Source: the human T2T-CHM13v2.0 reference genome, Homo sapiens
Length of the DNA stretch: 64,000 nucleotides
Strand: one strand, 5' to 3'
Assembly (NCBI RefSeq): GCF_009914755.1
Contig: NC_060938.1
The translations under genes were made by a program, and so were the position numbers. Positions within the stretch are counted from its first letter, which is position 1; every line of letters starts with the position of its first letter. The notes under the pieces are model-generated. The model was not told the DNA's origin, ran no database searches, and was given only the letters and a program-made list of their open reading frames with translations. Shown in pieces: positions 60,935 through 64,000 of this stretch.

Positions 60935-61180
60935 TGTATTATGTGCGATCAAGAGCACAGGCTTTGGGGCTACACTCCCTGGGTTTGAGTCCTGGCTCTG
61001 ACTTATAACTAGCTGTGACCATCAACAAGTTAGCTAAACATTCTGTGCCTCAGTTTCCTCATCTGTAAAATAGGGATAATAATAGTGCCTGCGCTGCAAG
61101 TTTCTGTGAGGATTAAGTGAATTAATAAATCTAAAGCATGTAGCATAGTGCTAAGCAGTCAACCAGTATTAGTTATCATT
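60935..61180 (+). mobile_element. MIR, near full length
   Basis: aagagcacaggctttgg...ctgtgcctcagtttcctcatctgtaaaatagggataataatagt. Confidence 0.88.
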
Positions 61181-61972
61181 TAACAAGTGGACCTTTTGAA
61201 GAGCTGATTCCAATTGATTGGCTGTCACTACCTTTTGGACAGAGCAATCCCTTGCACTCAGGATGGACAGTCAGACACCAGACAAGGACTAATTCTCTCC
61301 ACTGTGTTGAGGTGGAAGACCTTTTTCAGAGTCAGAGCTTTCAAATCTACCCACGTTCTGAGGCTCAGAGAAAATACCTCTTGATGGGCCCATGACAACA
61401 GACTAGGCAGGAAAAACAGTGATATACCCATGTCTTATTTGATTGAGTGCCTTGGTAGAGACCCCAATTCCCCTTCTTCTCTTAAGTAGTCAAGCATTGT
61501 GCTGCTTCTGATGTCCCTGTGGGGAAGAAAGCTCAGTCCTAGACTAGGCCAAGATGGGTGTTCAGTCTTCAGGGGATCATATCATCAGGGAATCACCTTC
61601 CCAGGGGCACCACTGCCTCTGAGATATTAGTTGAGAACCCTCGATGAACTCTGATGTTCTGTTGCTTACTTTAAATGCATCTAATATTGATGGAACATTT
61701 TCCCAAATAGCTCTAATGCCGTAATTGTGCTTGGGATTTATACATATGCATATCAATACAAGTAGTTTGCATGGGTGATTTAGGGTTTCCTTTTAAAGCA
61801 CACATACTTTCTAGGCCCCAAGAACCTAAATTGAGATATGCTGTTTTCAGATAAAGAACCAGGTATTAATATAATTAAGAGCAGGTATTACAGTCGACCT
61901 TGACCCAAAAGACCAAGAAGTCATACTTGAACTAAGATTCATTTGGCCACAACCTGTAAAAACCCAAGGAGT

Positions 61973-62272
61973 GGCCAGGCATGGCAGCTCACGCTTGTAA
62001 TCCCAACACTTTTGGAGGCCGAGGCAGGCGGATCATCTGAGGTCAGGTGTTCAAGACCAGCCTGGCCAACATGGTGAAACCCATCTCTACCAAGAAGTAC
62101 AAAAATCAGCTGGGCATGGTGGCGCGTGCCTGTAGCTCCAGCTACTTGGGAGGCTGAGGTGGGAGAATCCCTTGAACCTGGGAGGCGGAGGTTGCTGTGA
62201 GCCAAGATCACGCTACTTCACTCCAGCCTGGGCAATAGAGTGAGATCCTGTCTCAAACAACAACAACAACAA
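61973..62272 (+). mobile_element. Alu (AluS-like) with (CAA)n tail
   Basis: Full dimer; TSD aaacccaagga. Confidence 0.95.
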
Positions 62273-62990
62273 ACCCAAGGAATGGATGTCCCCAAAAGGC
62301 AACTCCAAAGACTTCTTCTGACAGAAGGTCTAGTGGTGTCATCTCACTTTCCACTGAAAATGGTAGCCCTTTCTTCTTGGAGAGGCCTAGTCCCAAAAGA
62401 GAAACCTCCAAGAACCAGAAACTAAGTTTTTACACATGGACCTCAAAGAAGTCTTTCTTCTTTGCTTTGCCTTATTCTTTTGGAAACCTTGTGAAAAAGG
62501 TAAGGAAGGGATTACCAACCAGTCAAGCAACATTGGGAAATGCCTTTATTCAGTCCCTACCCAACCACAAGTAGCCCTGGGGTTAGGCACATCTATGTTT
62601 GATCTTATTTAGTCCTGACGGTGACCCTACACGGTAGGAATCACTACCCTCCCCTTTACCAAAGGGGATAATGAATCTCAGAGAAGAACCCGTGGCCCTG
62701 GGATTTAAATCTAGCACTCTTTCCACCACCCCAGGCTGCCTATGTTATATGACTTTTATGGCTCTCAGTTTCCTAGATGGAAAATTAAGGGTCCTGGTCA
62801 ACAGGGTGAAAAAAAAAAAGAAAGAAAATTAGGATGTTGTAATATGGAATGTCTAAGACCAATGTTCATTCAAACTCCATGATTCTACAAATATTATTCT
62901 CTGCCATTAAAAAATGGAATTGAAGCATAGAAATGATCTTTGTTTATAGAGTCACAGAAGAAGTCAGGTGTAAGTGAGAGCCCTGCTTAC

Positions 62991-63119
62991 CCCATTTATG
63001 CCTAGTGTTCCATTACTGGAACACTAAGCTTATGGGAGTTATTTATATTCTACTGCTCAAAGTCATTGCTAAGTTCTAATTTTTCACACAAAAAAATTGC
63101 AACTTCTGGCATAAATGGG
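62991..63119 (+). mobile_element. MER85 (piggyBac/PGBD3-derived MITE), complete
   Basis: TIRs cccatttatgcc / ggcataaatggg; flanks ttac / ttaa; internal palindrome gttccattactggaac at 63007-63022. Confidence 0.92.
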
Positions 63120-63389
63120 TTAAAACTAGGTCTCTGGGCTCCCTTCTCATTGAGCAATGGACAGTTGGGGAGGCGCCTGGTGTTAGAGACAACATATCTT
63201 TCAGTGCCTTTGTTTATTTAGCATCCAGGCAGTCTTACTGCCAGCAGCTTGTCCCTTGAAAAAAGTTTCAGCCTCTCCTCCTAGGCAAGCAGCAGCCTGA
63301 GACTCTGAGCCAGGCTGAGTTTTAGGAGCCATGGCTGGACATCTTGCTGGGGGAGGGCCAAACCACAGCATCCAAGAGCTGCCTTCCTG

Positions 63390-63625
63390 AGCCCTTACTA
63401 TGTGGTAAGCACTGTTCCAAGTGGGCAGGAACTCATTAAACCTTCATGACACTCCTATGGATTGGGTATTATCATACACACTCCATTTTAATGATGATGA
63501 AATTGAGCATGTAGAGGTTAAGTAACTTGCCCAAGGCCACACAGCTAGTAAGCATCGGAGACAGGATGCACACAGAGGCAGTCTAGTCCCAGAGTCCACA
63601 CTCTTTACCACTGTATTCTACTGCC
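63390..63625 (-). mobile_element. MIR, near full length
   Basis: agaggttaagtaacttgcccaaggccacacagctagtaag...cagagtccacactcttta. Confidence 0.85.
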
Positions 63626-63867
63626 TTGTATGATACATTAATCTTAAAAGACCAGACATGCGAAAACTGTGTAAATGGCCAATCTGAGACACCAACAGGG
63701 CCAGTGGGTCTGGAAGAATTATGGCTGGGCAGTGGAGTCTGAAAAGACCCCCTCTAGCTCTGAAACTCTGACCTGTGGGAAGAAGGAAAGGTAGAAGGAA
63801 TTTCTTTGCCCCAAAACAAGTTACTTAGGATGACTTTTTATTCTTTTTTTGCCCCCTAACTTTTTAA

Positions 63868-63998
63868 AGTTTATTTTTTGTGGAGACAGAGTCTTGCTAT
63901 GTTGCCTAGGTTAGTCTCCAACTCCTGACCTCAAATGACCCTCCCACCTTGACTTCCCAAAGTGCTGAAATTACAGGTGTGAGCCACTGTGCCAGGCC
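63868..63998 (-). mobile_element. Alu left monomer (FLAM-like)
   Basis: Reverse left arm ending gagccactgtgccaggcc. Confidence 0.88.
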
Positions 63999-64000
63999 AT

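Overview
Primate (most likely human) non-coding genomic DNA, either intergenic or deep intronic. I could not identify the locus. About half or more of the window is interspersed repeat: roughly 34 Alu copies or monomers, many MIR and L2 relics, MaLR/ERVL LTRs (MST, MLT1, MLT2A, LTR16-, LTR32-, LTR33- and LTR40/41-like), DNA-transposon MITEs (MER5A, MER33, MADE1, MADE2, MER85) and several L1s. One L1 is an ancient, near-complete L1MC/MD-type element (about 26.7-37.7 kb) with decayed ORF1/ORF2. No host protein-coding exon, RNA gene, CpG island or CRISPR array is supportable. The ORF track consists of Alu-, L1- and microsatellite-derived or chance ORFs. I cannot support a new biological system here. 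The most unusual structures are: (i) a multi-junction inverted duplication inside an MST element (23.4-24.7 kb) with two crossing inverted repeats; (ii) a 91-bp minisatellite made of L1 3'UTR plus the Alu 5' head, giving six Pol III A-boxes in series (36.05-36.6 kb); (iii) several short templated insertions copied from 0.4-2.3 kb away; (iv) a near-consensus RFX X-box plus CCAAT box beside a (GT)n at 56.1 kb; (v) an intact MER85. Repeat subfamily names come from my recollection of consensus sequences, and boundaries of old elements are approximate.
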